Assembly: GCF_009914755.1 (NCBI RefSeq)
Contig: NC_060928.1
From: the human T2T-CHM13v2.0 reference genome, Homo sapiens
Direction: 5' to 3' (one strand)
DNA length: 64,000 nt
Shown here: piece after piece, positions 1 to 14,525 of the stretch
Numbering within the stretch: position 1 is the stretch's first letter
How the letters are laid out: each line of letters opens with the position of its first letter
Position numbers and translations under genes: made by a program
The notes under the pieces: generated by a model
What the model was told of the DNA's origin: nothing
What the model saw: only the letters and a program-made list of their open reading frames with translations
Databases searched by the model: none

Positions 1-60
1 GTGCCAAGGGGAAAGGCCTCCAATTTTTTTTCAACAGCATCTTTTAATTCACTGTGCAAC
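1..60 (-). CDS. SCLT1: SCLT1 exon 6, 5' part (runs off the window)
   Basis: Minus strand tgtttcaaAG|G TTG CAC AGT GAA TTA AAA GAT GCT GTT GAA AAA AAA TTG GAG GCC TTT CCC CTT GGC = (R)LHSELKDAVEKKLEAFPLG. Acceptor AG at 62-61; phase 2 matches the AG ending the exon at 35224. Peptide recognised as SCLT1. Confidence 0.95.
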
Positions 61-1575
61 CTTTGAAACAAATAGTTAACATGATAGCCTCAAGTCATTT
101 TCGTAACAGTAATTACTGTTTCGAGGTCAATTAAACATTTGGGTCAACAATAACTCTTTAAACAAAATCATTTTTAAGTAGACTTCAAATAAAAAATTAG
201 AAGTGTTTAATTACCATTAAATACTGTGCTATAAGAATCAAAAGATTATATAACAATTTCAATGCATTAAATCGATCACAATTAACTGAAGCATGATTCA
301 GTTTGTCCTAGAGAGGTTTCAATTTTTCAAAAATTTTCAAAAGAGTAAAATTCAGATATTATCTCTTATTAAATGATAAAATAAGCCATTCAGAAAAATT
401 CTAAAATATCTATGTAGATCTAGTCAATTAAATGAAAATTATATATTAAATCCTGTAGAATTATTTGCTATTTTCTTCAGCGTGTTTCACCAAACTCACT
501 GGACTTCTTACTAATTCCAGTTAACAAGCAAAGAGAAGAAAATGGTCGCTGGCTATAAAACCAAGACATCAGAAGCTTTATTTTTCAGCACATCCTTATA
601 TAAGATCAACAATAATACTGAAAGGCTTAAAATTGACTTTAATCTTAACATTAAGGTAAATTACAGATATTTCATGCCTTAACTACAAAAAAAAGCAAGG
701 AAGGTACAACTTAAAAGAATGATTGTTTTAATTTAAAATAATACATACTTAAGAGAAAAAAAGTACATTTTCAGAAAACACTCTTATTTCATATAATCAT
801 AAGCAGAAAATATTTATAGTAAATACATTACAAAGTGAAAATAACAAAATAAACTACATCCATCTACCTAAAACATTTAGAGGTGAATGATTTACTAATA
901 TTACAAATCTCCTTTGAAACAAGAAAACTTAAATCTTGATGTCAAAACATATTTATTGAAAACAAAATTCATCAAATACAATAAAACTGAGAAGGTAAAC
1001 ACTTTAGAAACAAAAAAATTAATTACTCTGAAGAAAGGACAGAGCTTGAAAATTATTCTCTAATTAAAAAACTTACAAGTATTGGTTAAGACAGTTTTTA
1101 TTTTTAAATATCTAACAGTGTTTTTAAAAACTTTTATTTTTCCTATATGAAATGTTTACCTAATAGAGAAAATGATCAGTATAGAAATATAACAAGTTTT
1201 AGAAAAGATACCCCAAGTCCTATGAAAAAAACCATTATTAATTCTGTAATATATTTTCTAGCAGAATTTTTACTTTCCATTAAAAATAGACCAATGACAT
1301 ACTGTATTGCTAATACTATAATCTGTCTTTTTAACCGTAGTATTCAGACATATGCATTCTCTCACATTCTAAAAAGTTTTCTGCAAATATTTTAAAGATG
1401 ACATAATATTCCATCATTTTCATCATATGGTTATCTGCATCATAACTTATCAATTATCCTAATCCTTTAAATTGATTGTAAAATGAAATGAAAAAATAGT
1501 AAAATTAATATTTAGTACACTGTACTTTAAAATATCAGAAACACTGAGAATTAAAGTGTCTTATTTCTTTGTTAC

Positions 1576-2358
1576 GCAGCCAAAAGACACATGAAAAAAT
1601 GCTCATCATCACTGGCCATCAGAGAAATGCAAATCAAAACCACAATGAGATATCATCTCACACCAGTTAGAATGGCAATCATTAAAAAGCCAGGAAACAA
1701 CAGGTGCTGGAGAGGATGTGGAGAAATAGGAACACCTTTACACTGTTGGTGGGACTGTAAACTAGTTCAACTATTGTGGAAGTCAGTGTGGCAATTCCTC
1801 AGGGATCTAGAACTAGAAATACCATTTGACCCAGCCATTGCATTACTGGGTATATACCCAAAGGACTATAAATCATGCTGCTATAAAGACACATGCACAC
1901 GTATGTTTATTGCGGCATTATTCACAATAGCAAAGACTTGGAACCAACCCAAATGTCCAACAATGATAGACTGGATTAAGAAAATGTGGCACATATACAC
2001 CATGGAATACTATGCAGCCATAAAAAATGATGAGTTCACGTCCTTTGTAGGGACATGGATGAAATTGGAAATCATCACTCTCAGTAAACTATCGCAAGGA
2101 CAAAAAACCAAACACCGCATATTCTCACTCACAGATGGGAACTGAACAATGAGAACACATGGACACAGGAAGGGGAACATCACACTCTGGGGACTGTTGT
2201 GGGGTGGGGGGAGGGGGGAGGGATAGCATTAGGAGATATACCTAATGCTAAATGACAAGTTAATGGGTGCAGCACACCAGCATGGCACAGGTATACATAT
2301 GTAACTAACCTGCATATTGTGCACATGTACCCTAAAACTTAAAGTATAATAAAAAAAA
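1576..2358 (+). mobile_element. 5'-truncated L1 (L1PA3-like): ORF2 C-terminus, 3'UTR and poly(A)
   Basis: ORF 1591-2145 is the ORF2p C-terminal Cys-rich region ([17 protein letters not shown]). G-rich 3'UTR with ctctggggactgtt and ttaggagatatacctaatgctaaatgac. No clear TSD. Confidence 0.93.
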
Positions 2359-2441
2359 TTCATTTAATAAAAAAATGTAGTTATAACAAGCAGTATAATT
2401 ATAACTGACAGTAAGACAGTTTTTAGGGTCTTAAAATTTTT

Positions 2442-2745
<304 letters not shown>

Positions 2746-2989
2746 TCACAGAAATATCGTAATTGTCCCCCATTGATTATTAAGATAATTTTGTACAGTT
2801 TCAGCTTGCAAGGTCATTTTTTTAATCTTATACTTCATACAAAGGAAGGACTACCTATACATAGTTTAATTTTGTTTGCTTCAGTATCTGGCATACTTGG
2901 GGAATAGATGTCCAATCTTGCGTTTCTAATGCTTGCTGTCTCTCACCGAGTGTGCTCTGTTCCCGAGGTGTTATATGATTTTGGGTTTA

Positions 2990-4824
2990 GATTGCTGTTC
3001 TTTTTCTAACCTCTTCAACAAATTCTAAGACATCATTATTTTTAGACTTTCTTTTCTAATACATACTCTTAAGATTACAGCTTTCCCTCTAAGAATCGCC
3101 TTAGTGGCAACGCCGACGTTATGTTATTTTCTTTATTAATCAGTTGAAAATATTTTCTAACTTCCATTGTGAGTTCTTTGACCTGTGAGTAACATTTAGA
3201 GGCATACTGCTTAACTTAGAAAAAGCTGAGGATTTTCTAGTTACCTTTTTATTATTGATTTCTAGCATAATTTTCACTGTCATCAAAGAACATAATCTGA
3301 ATAATTTCAATCCTTTTATAATCTGAGAGTTGCTTTTTTTTTGAGTTGGTCAATTTCAGAAAACTATCACGTGTACTTAGAGAATGCATATTTTGAAGGT
3401 CTTCGGTATTAGTATTCTATATATGTCCCTTAAGAGATTTCTTAATTGCATTATTCAAATATTGCATCTTAACTTACTGTTTTTTTTTCTGGTTGCTATT
3501 TTATTTACTGAGAGCAACCTGCTCATATTTCCTATTATAATGGTGCATTTGTCTGTTCTGCCATTCAGTGCTATCACATTTTTGTATTCTGAGTCTTTGT
3601 TATTGAGTGCTTACACATTCAGAACTGTCATATCTTTTGGGCAAATATAATTTCGTATCATTATGGAAACCGCCTTTTAATCTGTAATCATCTGTTTCAC
3701 ATTAAATTCTACTATGTCTGATATTACCAGCATGTTTTCAGTTAGCACTTCCATGGTATACATATTTTCTATCCTTTTATTTTCACCCATTCTGTACTCT
3801 TGTATTTTACGAATCTCCTTGGTTAAAAGCATGTAATTGTGGGTTCATTTAGTTAATCTCTGGTAAATCACTCTTAAAATTATAGCATGTAGTACAGCAA
3901 AATTTAATGCAATTACTAAGGCATCTGGGTTTATATCTACTACCTTAGTATTTCCTATATGTCTTGACTTTAAAAAAACAAAACAAAACACCTCTCTTTT
4001 TGTTCCTATTCTTTCTTATTAACTGGAATTAATTACATTTTATTATTCCACTTTCCTGCTCCATGAGCTTGGAAGTGATAGAATCTTTTAGTTTACTGTA
4101 GTGCTCAGCCCAGACATCGTAACATGCCTCTGAGAATTGCCACCCTCTACTATAAATTAGTATCTTATTTCTAATGGATAATGTAAGCACCTGAGACTAT
4201 CTCAACTCCATTTACACTCTTCCTAAATGTACGGTATTGCTGGCTCATATTTCAAGTCTCCTCAAACATTTTAAAGCCATTATTATTATTTTTAAAAGTT
4301 TATACTCGTTAGATTTTCTCCCATATTTACCCCTTCCATAGTTCCAAACTTTATTCTAGGATGATTTTTCCTTCTTTTTTGGGATTTGGATTAATTCTGT
4401 CAACGGTAATTTTCTCAGTTTTCATCTGAAAATGTACTTATTTAACCCTCCTTCTGGAAGAACATTTCGCTGAGCACACAATTCTTAGTTGACAGTTTTG
4501 GTTTCTTTTCTTTTCAGCACTTTGAAGATATTCCATGTCTCTCGATTTCTATCACATCTGTTGAAAAGTCAGTTATCTTACTGCTATTCCTTTGAGGATA
4601 ATCTCTGTTGTGAGAATTTTTCTTTGATTTTGATTTTGTAGATGTTTTTGCATTATCATGCTTGTGATGCATGGTGTTTCTTTAATCCACAGATCTTTTG
4701 CTACTTTTGAAATTTTTCAGCTATTGTCTCTTCAAATATTATTTCTGTCTTTCCTGTTCTCTCTGGGATTCAAATTACACGAATTTTAGTTCTTTTCACT
4801 ACCACATTTTGTTCCATATTTTCT
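2990..4824 (-). mobile_element. Old, highly decayed L1M fragments (continue after 12133)
   Basis: T-rich sequence with degenerate antisense L1 ORF2/ORF1 motifs; boundaries approximate. Confidence 0.55.
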
Positions 4825-5415
4825 TTTTAAATTTTTTTGAATTTATTTTTTACTTAACTTTTAAGTTCAGGGGTACATGTACAGGTTTGTTATATAGGTA
4901 AGCTTGTGTCACTGAGGTTTGTTGTACAGATTATTTTCAACCCAAGTATTAAGCCTAGTACTCATTATTCTTTTTCCTGATCCTCTCCCTCCTCCCAGCC
5001 TCCACCCATTGATAGGCCCCAGTGTGTGTAGTTTCTCTCTACATGTCCATGTGTTCTCATCATTTAGCTCCCACTTATAAGTGAGAACATGAAGTATTTG
5101 CTTTTCTGTTTCTCTGTTAGTTTGCTAAGGATAATCACCTCCAGCTCCATCTATGTTCCTGCAAAGGACGTGATCTTGTTCTTTTTTATGGATGCATAGT
5201 ATTCCATTGTATATATGTACCATATTTTCTTTATCTAGTCCACTGTTGATGGGCATCTAGGTTGATCTATGTCTTTGTCATTGTGAATAACTGTTCCGAT
5301 GAACATGTGAGTGCATGTGTCTTTATGGTAGAATGATTTCTATTACTTCGTTATATATCCAGTGATGGGATTGCTGGGTTAAATGGCACTTCTGTTTTGA
5401 GTTCTTTGAGATCCA

Positions 5416-5761
<346 letters not shown>

Positions 5762-8700
5762 CTACCAGCAGTGTAAAAGCATTCCCTTTTCTCTGCAACC
5801 ATAACAGCATCTGTTATTTTTTGATGTTTTAACAGCCATTCTGACTGGCGTGAGATGGTATCTCATTGTGGTTTTGATTTGCATTTCTCTAATTAAGTTG
5901 AGCTTTTTTTCATATGGTTATTGGCCACATGTATGTCTTCTTTTGAAAGGTGTTCAAGTGCTTTGCCCATTTTTCAATAAGGTTTGATTTTTATTGTAAA
6001 TTTAAGTTCCTTATAGATGCTGGATATTTGACCTTTGTCAGATGCAGTTTGCAAAAATGTTCCCCCACTTTGTATGTTGTCTGTGCACTCTGTTGATAGT
6101 TTCTTTTGCTGTGCAGGAGCTCTTTAGTTTAATTAGATCCCATTTGTCAATGTTTGCTTTTATTGCAATTGCTTTTGGTATCTTCTTAATAAAATCTTTG
6201 CCCACTCCTATGTCCAGAATGGTATTGCCTAAGTTGTCTTCCAGGGTTTTTATACTTTGGGGTTTTACATTTAAGTTTTTAATCCATCTTAAGTTAATGT
6301 TTGTTAATCTTCTGCACATGGCTAGCCAGTTATCTCAGCACCATTTATTGAATAGGAGTCCTTTCCCCATTGCTTGAGTTAGGTTTGTCGAGAATCAGAT
6401 AGTTGTAGGTGTGTGGCTTTATTTCTGGGTTCTCTATTCTGTTGCAATGGTCTATGTGCCCGTTTTTGTACCAGTAGCATGCTGTTTTGGTTATTGTAGC
6501 CCTGCAGTATAGTTTGAAGTCAGGCAGCATGATGTCTCCAGCTTTCTTATTTTTGCTTAGGATTACCTTGGCTATCTGGACTCTTTTTTCGTTCCACATG
6601 AATTTTAAAATAGTTTTTTCTAGTTCTGTGAAGAATCTCAATGGTAGTTTAATAGGAATAGCATTAGATGTATAAATTGCTCTGGGCAGTATGACCATTT
6701 TTACAATATTGATGCTTTCTATCCATGAGCATGGAACATTTTTTCATTTGTTTGTGTAATCTTTGATTTCTTTGAGCAGTATTTTGTGCTTCTTGTAGAG
6801 AGATCTTTCACCTTCCTAGTTAGCTGTATTCCTAGGTAGTTTGTGTGTTTATTTATTTATTACAACTGGGAATGGGATTGCGTTACTCATTTGGCTCTTG
6901 GCTTGACTGTTTTTTTGTGTACAGGAGTGCTAGTAATTTTTACACATTGATTTTGTATCCTGAGAATTTGCTGAAGTTGTTTGTCAGTTTAAGAAGCTTT
7001 TATGCCAAGACTATGAAGTTTTATAGATATAGAATCCTGCCATCTGCAAATACGGATAGTTTGACTTCCTCTCTTCCTATTTGGATTACATTTCTTCCTC
7101 TTGCCTGACTGCCCTGGCCAGGACTTCCAATACTATGTCAAATAGGAGTGGCGAGAAAGGGCATCCTTGTCTTGTGCCAGTTTTCAGGAAGAATGTTTCC
7201 AGGTTTTGCACATTCCATATGATGCTGGCTGTGAGTTTTTCATAGATGACTCTTACTATTTTGAAGTATGTTCCTTCAATACCTAGCTTATTGAGACTTT
7301 TTGACATGAAGAATGTTAAATTTTAATGAAAGCCTTTTCTGCTTCATTTCAGATAATCATGTAGTTTTTGTCTTTAGTTCTGTTTATGTGATGAATCACA
7401 TTTATTGATTTGCATATGATGAACCAACCTTGCATCCCAGGGCTAAAGCCTATTTGATCATGGTAGATAAGATTTTTGCTGTGCTGCTGGATTTCATTTG
7501 CCAGTATTTTGTTGAGGATTTTTGTCTCTATGTTCATCAGGGATATTGGCCTGAAGTTTTCTTTTTTGTTGTATCTTTGTTAGGTTTTGGTATCAGGATG
7601 ATGTTGGCCTCATAAAATGAGTTTTATGGTCTGTTGCATTGGTCTATGTGCCTGTTTTTGTACCAGTACCATGCTGTTTTGGTTACTGTAGCCCTGAAGT
7701 ATAGTTTGAAGTTGGGCAGTGTGATGTCCCCAGCTTTCTTCTTTTTGCTTAGGAATACCTAAGCATTTTTTTTTTTGGAATAGTTTCAGTAGAAGTGGTA
7801 CCAGCTCTTTGTATATTTGGTAGAATTTGGCTGTGAACTTATCTGGTCCTGGGCTTTTTTGGTTCATAGGCTATTTATTACTGCCTCAATTTCAGAACTC
7901 ATTACTGGTCTGTTCAGTAATTCAATTTCCTCCTGGTTTAGTCTTAGGAGGGTGTATGTGTCTAGAAATTCATCCATTTCTTCTAGATATTCTAGTTTAT
8001 GTGCATAGAGGTGTTCATAATATTATTTGATGGTTGTTTGTATTTCTGTGGGGTCAGTGGTAACATCTCCTTGTCATTTCTGATTGTGTTTATTTGAATC
8101 TTCTCTCTTTTCTTCTTTATTAGTCTAGCTAATGGTCTATTTTATTAATTTTTCCAAAAAACCAGCTTCTGTGTTCTTTGATCTTCTGGATGTTTTTTTG
8201 TGTCTGAATCTCCCTCAGTTCAGCTCTGATTTTGGTTATTTCTTGTCTTTTGCTAGCTTTGGAATTTGTTTGCTCTTGGTTCTGTAGTTCTTTTAGTTGT
8301 GATGTTAGGTTGTTAACTTGAGATCTTTCTAACTTTTTGATGTGAGCACTTAGTGCTATAAATTCCCTCTTAACACTGCCTTAGCTGTGTCCCAGAGATT
8401 CTGGTATGTTGTATCTTTGTTCTCATTAGTTTCAAAGAACTTGATTTCTGCCTTAATTTCATTATTTACCCAAACGTCATTCAGGAGTAGGTTATTCAAC
8501 TTCCATGTAATTGTATGGTTTTGAGCAAATTTCTGTTTTGGCTTCTAATTTGTGCTGTGGTTTGAGAGATTGTTATGATTTCTGTTCTTTTGCATTTGCT
8601 GAGGAGTGTTTTACTTCTGATTACGTGATTGATTTTAGAACATGTGCCATGTGGTGATGAGAAGAATGTATATTCTGTTGTTTTTGGATGGAGAGTTATA

Positions 8701-9168
8701 TAGATGTCTCTCAGGTCCATTTGATCCACTGTTGGGTTCAGGTCCTGAATATCTTTGTTAATTTTCTCTCTTGATGATTGGTCTAATATTTTCAGTGTGG
8801 TGTTAAAGACTTCCACTACTATTGTATGGGAGTCTATGTCTCTTTGAAGGTCTCTAAAAACTTGCTTTACAAATCTGCGTGCTCCTGTGTTGGGTACATA
8901 TATATTTAGGATAGTTAGATCTTCTTGTTGAATTGAATTGAACCTTTTACCATTATGTAATGCCATTTCTTTTTTTTTTTTTGCTCTTTTTGGCTTTTGT
9001 CAGAAACTAGGATCGTAACCCCTACTTTTTTTCTGTTTTCCATTTGCTTAGTAAATCTTCCTCCATCCTTTTGAGTCCATGTTTGTCACTGCATGTGAGA
9101 TAGGACTCTTAAAGACAGCATACCAACGGGTTTTGCTTCTTTATTCAGTTTGCCATTCTGTGTCTTTT

Positions 9169-9460
9169 TTTGCTTTTTAACTTTTATTTTAGTTTTGGGG
9201 TACATGTGAAGGTTTGTTACATAGGTAAATGGATGTCACAGGGGTTTGTTGTACATATTATTTCATTACCCAGGTATTAAGCCCAGTATCCAGTAGTTAT
9301 CTTTTCTGCTCCTCTCCCTCCTCCCACCCTCTCCTTTCAAGTAGATCCCAGTGTCTGTTGTTTCCCTCTTTGTGCTTGTAAGTTCTTACCATTTAGCTCC
9401 CACTTATAAGTGAGAACACGCGGTATTTGGTTTTCTGTTCCTGCGTTAGTTTGCTAAGGT
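9169..9460 (-). mobile_element. Short L1PA (about L1PA12-16) 3'-end insertion nested in the start of ORF2 of the older L1
   Basis: L1 3'UTR with T-rich tail, flanked by TSD TGTGTCTTTT (9159-9168) / TGTGCCTTTT (9461-9470). Confidence 0.85.
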
Positions 9461-12339
9461 TGTGCCTTTTAATTGAGGCATTTAGCCCATTTACATTCAA
9501 GGTTGGTATTGATATGTATGGATTTGATCCTGTCATCGTGTCAGCTGGTTATTTTGCAGACTTGTTTATGTGGTTGCTTTACAGTGTCACTGGTCTGTGT
9601 ACTTCAGTGTATTTTTGTAGTGGGTGATAATGATCTTTCCTTTCTGTATTTAGTGCTACCTTCAGGTGCTCTTGTAAGGCAGGTCTGGTAGTAATGAAAT
9701 TCCTCAGCATTTGCTTGCCTGAAAATGATCTTATTTCTCCTTCGCTTATGAAGTTTGGTTTGGCTGGATATTAAATTCTGGCTTGGAATTTCTTTTGAGA
9801 ATGTTGACCATTGGCCCCCAATTGCTTCTGGCTTGTAGGGTTTCTGCTGAGAGGTCTGCTCTTAGTCTAATGATCTTCCCTTTGTAGGTGACCTCATCTT
9901 TCTCTCTAAGATGTCTTTAAAATTTTTTGTTTCATTTTGACCTTGTAAAATCTGATGATTATGTGTCTTGCGGATGATCTTCTTCTAACTTATCTAACTA
10001 GGGTTCTCTACATTTCCTGAATTTGAATGTTACCCTCTCAAGCTAGGTTGGGTAAGTTCTAATGGATGGTATTCTGAAATGTGTTTTCCAAGTTGCTTCC
10101 CTTCTCCCCATGTCTTTCAGGGATGCCTATGAGTCATAGATTTGGTCTCTTTACATAATCCCATATTTCTTGGAGGTTTTGTTCACTCCTTTTCATTCTT
10201 TTATTTCTATTCTTGTCTGATTGTCTTGTTTCAGAAATCCAGTCTTCAAACTCTGAGATTCTTTCCTCCACTTGATCTATTCTGCTTTTAATACTTGTGA
10301 TTGCATTATAAAATTATTGTAGTGTCTTTTTCAGTTCTATCAGGTCAGTTGGTTTTTTTCTATACTGGCTATTTTTGCTGGGCAGCTCCTGCATTGTTTT
10401 ATCATCGTTCTTAGCTTCCTTGGATGGGTTTCAACATACTCCTGTAGCTCAATGATCTTCGTTTCATGCATATTCTGATTTCTATTTCTGTCATTTGTAG
10501 CCATCTTAGTCCAGTTCTGAACCCTTTCTGTATAGGCAATGGGGTAGATTAGAGGAAAAAAGGCACTGTGGCTTTTTGAGTTGTCAGGATTCTTGCACTG
10601 ATTCTTTCTCATCTTTGTGGGTTTATCCACCTTCAATCTTTGAGGCTGCTGACCTTTCGAGGCTTTTGTTCTCTTTTATCCTATTTGATGACCTTGAGGG
10701 TTTGATTATCATATAGGGTAGATTTAGCTGACTGGCTTCATTTCTGAAAGACATTAGGGGACCAATGCTCAGCTCCTGACTTCTGGACTGTATGCTCTAA
10801 CCCTGGGGATTTGTATTGGGCCCTGACATTGTTCTCTCACTCCATGAGGTTAGAAATCCACTGTGCTGCGAGCACCAGGTGCTTCTGGACCACTGGTCAC
10901 TACATTCCAATGTGTAGTGTCAGCCAAAGTGTTTCATAGTGCAGTGACAGAGGGATCTGTCCTCATTCACATGTGCCAGCAATAGCAGTAGCAGCAGCTG
11001 TGGCAGAGTGCTAGTGGCTGCTGGGGTGCCTGCCTCCCTGTGGGAATTAACCACAGTGGCAGAGACAACTCATCTGGGATGGGTGTGGGGGGCCCCTACT
11101 GGTGACTACGTGGGTGGTCGTGCAGGTGGTGGTGCTGGCTTCAGGGAGGGGCACTGGTAGGCACAGGTCTGTGTGCCTTCTCTGTGGTAGCTCAGTGTGG
11201 GGGAGGATCTGCTGTTCTCTGAGCCTAGTTTTTCTCCCATGGAAGTATTAGTGCAACAGTGGAGTGCTGGCAGGGTGGGACTGGCTGGCTCTGTTCCCAC
11301 CAAGGCTCTGTCTGCAATGGTGGTCAGCTACCAGAGGGGAGTGGACTACACTCCCATGTGCTAGTGGGGCAAGGAAAGCAAAACCTGCCCGCACAGACAT
11401 GTATCAGCAAAGAGATGTGGGGAGTTGCCATGGGTCCAGGGGTGGCTGCAGTGTGTGGAGGGAGTGTGCAGGCTAGTGTATGGTTATTGGGACCACTCTG
11501 CTGGAGATCTCTGCAAGTCAGGCACGGTCCACTAGCACACAAGCTATGATGTGGCTCCCAGGGCACCTGAGGCTGTTCTTTAAGCAGGCATGGCCAGGCT
11601 GGGGCCCCAGGAGAGGGCAGCAGACCAAGGGGAGCTCAAGTTGGACTGGCCCTATCTGAGCTGGGGCAAGTCCACCCTGCAGAGTTCAGGATGAACAGTT
11701 CCCCTAGGGCTTAAGTCTCCTAAGAGAGCAAGTTGAGCCTAAGGAAATGGCTGTCCCTGGCCATGCTCCACTACATATGCTCCTGCACCAAACCCTCTGG
11801 GATCCACATGAGCTGGCTTGCTGCCCCTACCACTTCTCTAGGAATCTCTCCCTGCCAACTCAAGTGTCTACGATGGTTGAAGGGTCTCTCTCCTCCTGCT
11901 AGGGTTCCAGAGGCCCATGCTCCTTGAAAATTCAACTCACCCATTCCCCCGGAGCCACCAGAGACCAGGAATGAGTCCAGTTTTCTCCCACTTCATTCCA
12001 GCTTCTGTGTCTTCCCTCCATCCACTCTCAGTGCCTTCCTTCTGAGAATCTGTTAGGAGTACGCCAGTCATCTCCATCCATCAGTGGCAGCTGCTCCACC
12101 TAGCTGCATCTAGTTGGCTATCATACAGGTTTATATTTTCTATCTTCTTGTCTCTCTGCTTCTTACTGATATTCAGTTAAAATATTTCTTCTAAATTAAG
12201 TTGCACTTGATTAATTATCTTGTTATGTCTCATTTCCATTGTATTTTTTCAGTTCTAGAATGTTTTTTTTTAGAGTTTCTAGTTCTCTTACAAAATTCTC
12301 AATATTGTATCTTATTTCACTGACCATATTAAGCAAAAT

Positions 12340-12620
12340 TATTTATTATTTTAGTTTTATCTTATTTTAAGATCTGGGATACACACGCAGGATGTGCAGG
12401 TTTGTTACACAGGTAAATGTGTGCCATGGTGGTTTGCTGCACCTATCAACTATCACCTAGGTATTAAGCCCTACATGCATTAACTATTTATCCTGATGCT
12501 TTCCTCCCCCATCCCCCCATACAGGCCCCAGTATGTGTTGTTCTGCTCCCTGTGTCCATGTATTCTCATTGTTCAGCTCCCACTTATGAGTGAGAACACG
12601 TGGTGTTTAGTTTTCTGTTG
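12340..12620 (-). mobile_element. L1PA8/10-like 3' fragment
   Basis: Antisense L1 3'UTR (gtgcaggtttgttacacaggtaaatgtgtgccatggtggtttgctgcacc ... cagctcccacttatgagtgagaac). Confidence 0.85.
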
Positions 12621-14149
12621 GTAAAGCAGTTTTTTAAAGGCCAACCCTGTGGATCTGTTTTTACTGCCTATTATTTCTAATGATTCTTTTAAAATGTTAC
12701 CATGTTAGCGTCAATCTTCCTGTTCCTAATTCTTTTTGTGCTAGATATGAGCTAGATATTATACATTTAAAAGTACAGTGGCATTTTGAGGATCCTAACA
12801 CACCTATCCACAAGTGTGATGGATGCTGAATTTCAATTTTTATTGTTCTAGCTCTGTAAATTTGTTTCAAGCTCACCTCAGTTTTTAAACCTCTCTCCAT
12901 CTCTTCTTGGATAGTGACATGCAATTAGGGAAAGCAGCCCCAAATGCCGGCTTATATCCCTGGATTTCTTTCTATTCCTGGCCTTTGCCTTATAAGTTTT
13001 TCACAGATTCCAATTTCTTTAAACAGATTCGATTTTTGTTAAGATTTTGTCAAGATTTTATAGTTTTGTCTGAACTTTCTAGTTTTTCTCAGAAGAAGCC
13101 TGATTACAGTACCTACTCTGTCATTAATGTAAACAATATTGATTTATTTATTTTCAATTTTACTTTTCTATTAGTTAAAAATGACAAAGTGTTCTGCATA
13201 CCATTTTGGCTGCACCTTACTAGTTTGATATGCTGCTCATTTTAAGTAGTTTTTAATTTTAGTTGTCAATTCATTTTTTTAATCTCAGGAGTTACTTGAA
13301 AATATAGCTTAAAAATTTTTATGTGCTCATCTTTTGTCATTTTTTATTTTATTGCAGATGAAATTTATGTGTTTTTTTGTGGGGGGGGAATTTGTATGTG
13401 TGTATGTGGTAGGGAGGGTTTTCAGTGCATATCTATGTTTGTGAGTTTTTCATGGGTCTTTGAAAAACAAAGTATATTCCTGTTGGTTAATATATGAGTG
13501 TGTATAAACAGAAATGTACATGTACATAATCAAACTTGTTATTTGCTCCTTATATCATCTATCTTTGCTTATTTTCTTGTTTTCTTTTAAATATAACAGT
13601 TGTAATAATATATTTGTAAATAAATACAGATCAAATGAATTTTATCTGATTTTCCAACATATTGGCAGTATAATTAAGAAAATCAGTTAAGTACCCTAAA
13701 GGTTTAAGAAATCACTTAAAGCATTATTTTTTATGTATGGTTAAACATCTTGAAAATTAAATATCAACAATTCAAGCTCAACAAATATCTAAAAAAATAT
13801 TATATGCAAGATAGTAAGACAATTTTGGTTCCAGTTGTATTTATTAAAATACATAAGCAAGTCAAAATGTAAGAGCCAAAGGAAAATAAAAAAGAGAAAG
13901 TACTATTATATTTGGTTGGCTTGATATTAAGAAGAGAAATTAAATAAAACGTTTTGGAGGCAAACAGTGTTATCTGTATTATTAATAACACTAATAGCAC
14001 CATATATCTCTGCATAACTTCTTTTCTGCTATCACTATCAATTAGCTGATCTCTATGTTCCAGTGTAAGTTCTGGAAAAAAAGTCAATCTTACTGATTTA
14101 GCTAATTGTAGAAATGGTTTGCTACATTGGTCACAATTAGGAAACTGGA

Positions 14150-14525
14150 CAATCAGGAAGCAGCTATATCTACTGCTGGTTCTAGAATCACATCCCTTTG
14201 CTGAGATCCTGAGACCAGAATGTTATTGCCAGAGCTGCTGCCTGCAGCAACACCCTGCCTTAGCTTTGACAGAAGTGACTGCCAGAATTGTTGGCTCTAC
14301 AGCCATACTACGCTTCTTAGATTCTTAGCCACAAAATAGATGCCTCAGGCACTGCCTTTTCTCCCACTATTTCCCAATTTAGGTATCGTACAAGTGGTTA
14401 TCATTAGCAGAACCAAACCCATATCCTGAACTAGTTTTTAGTTTTCCAGCCTCTGCAATACAGGAAGGCATATTAAAAGGAAGGTGCAACAGATGTTAAG
14501 CCAATCTATCATATTTGCCACAACC
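14150..14525 (-). mobile_element. Ancient MaLR LTR (MLT1N/M-like)
   Basis: ttttccagcctctgcaatacaggaagg ... gatgttaagccaatctatcatatttgccaca resembles remembered MLT1N2 sequence. Confidence 0.5.

Noticed and set aside
2201-2222. G-quadruplex-forming G tracts (also ~25694 and ~45657)
   Set aside because: Standard feature of L1PA 3'UTRs, not locus-specific.
13800-14087. Hydrophobic 95-aa ORF (similar ORFs at 3384, 12907, 38529, 53901, 62999) as membrane microproteins
   Set aside because: Hydrophobicity follows from T-rich or Alu-derived sequence; no recognisable homology or supporting gene structure.
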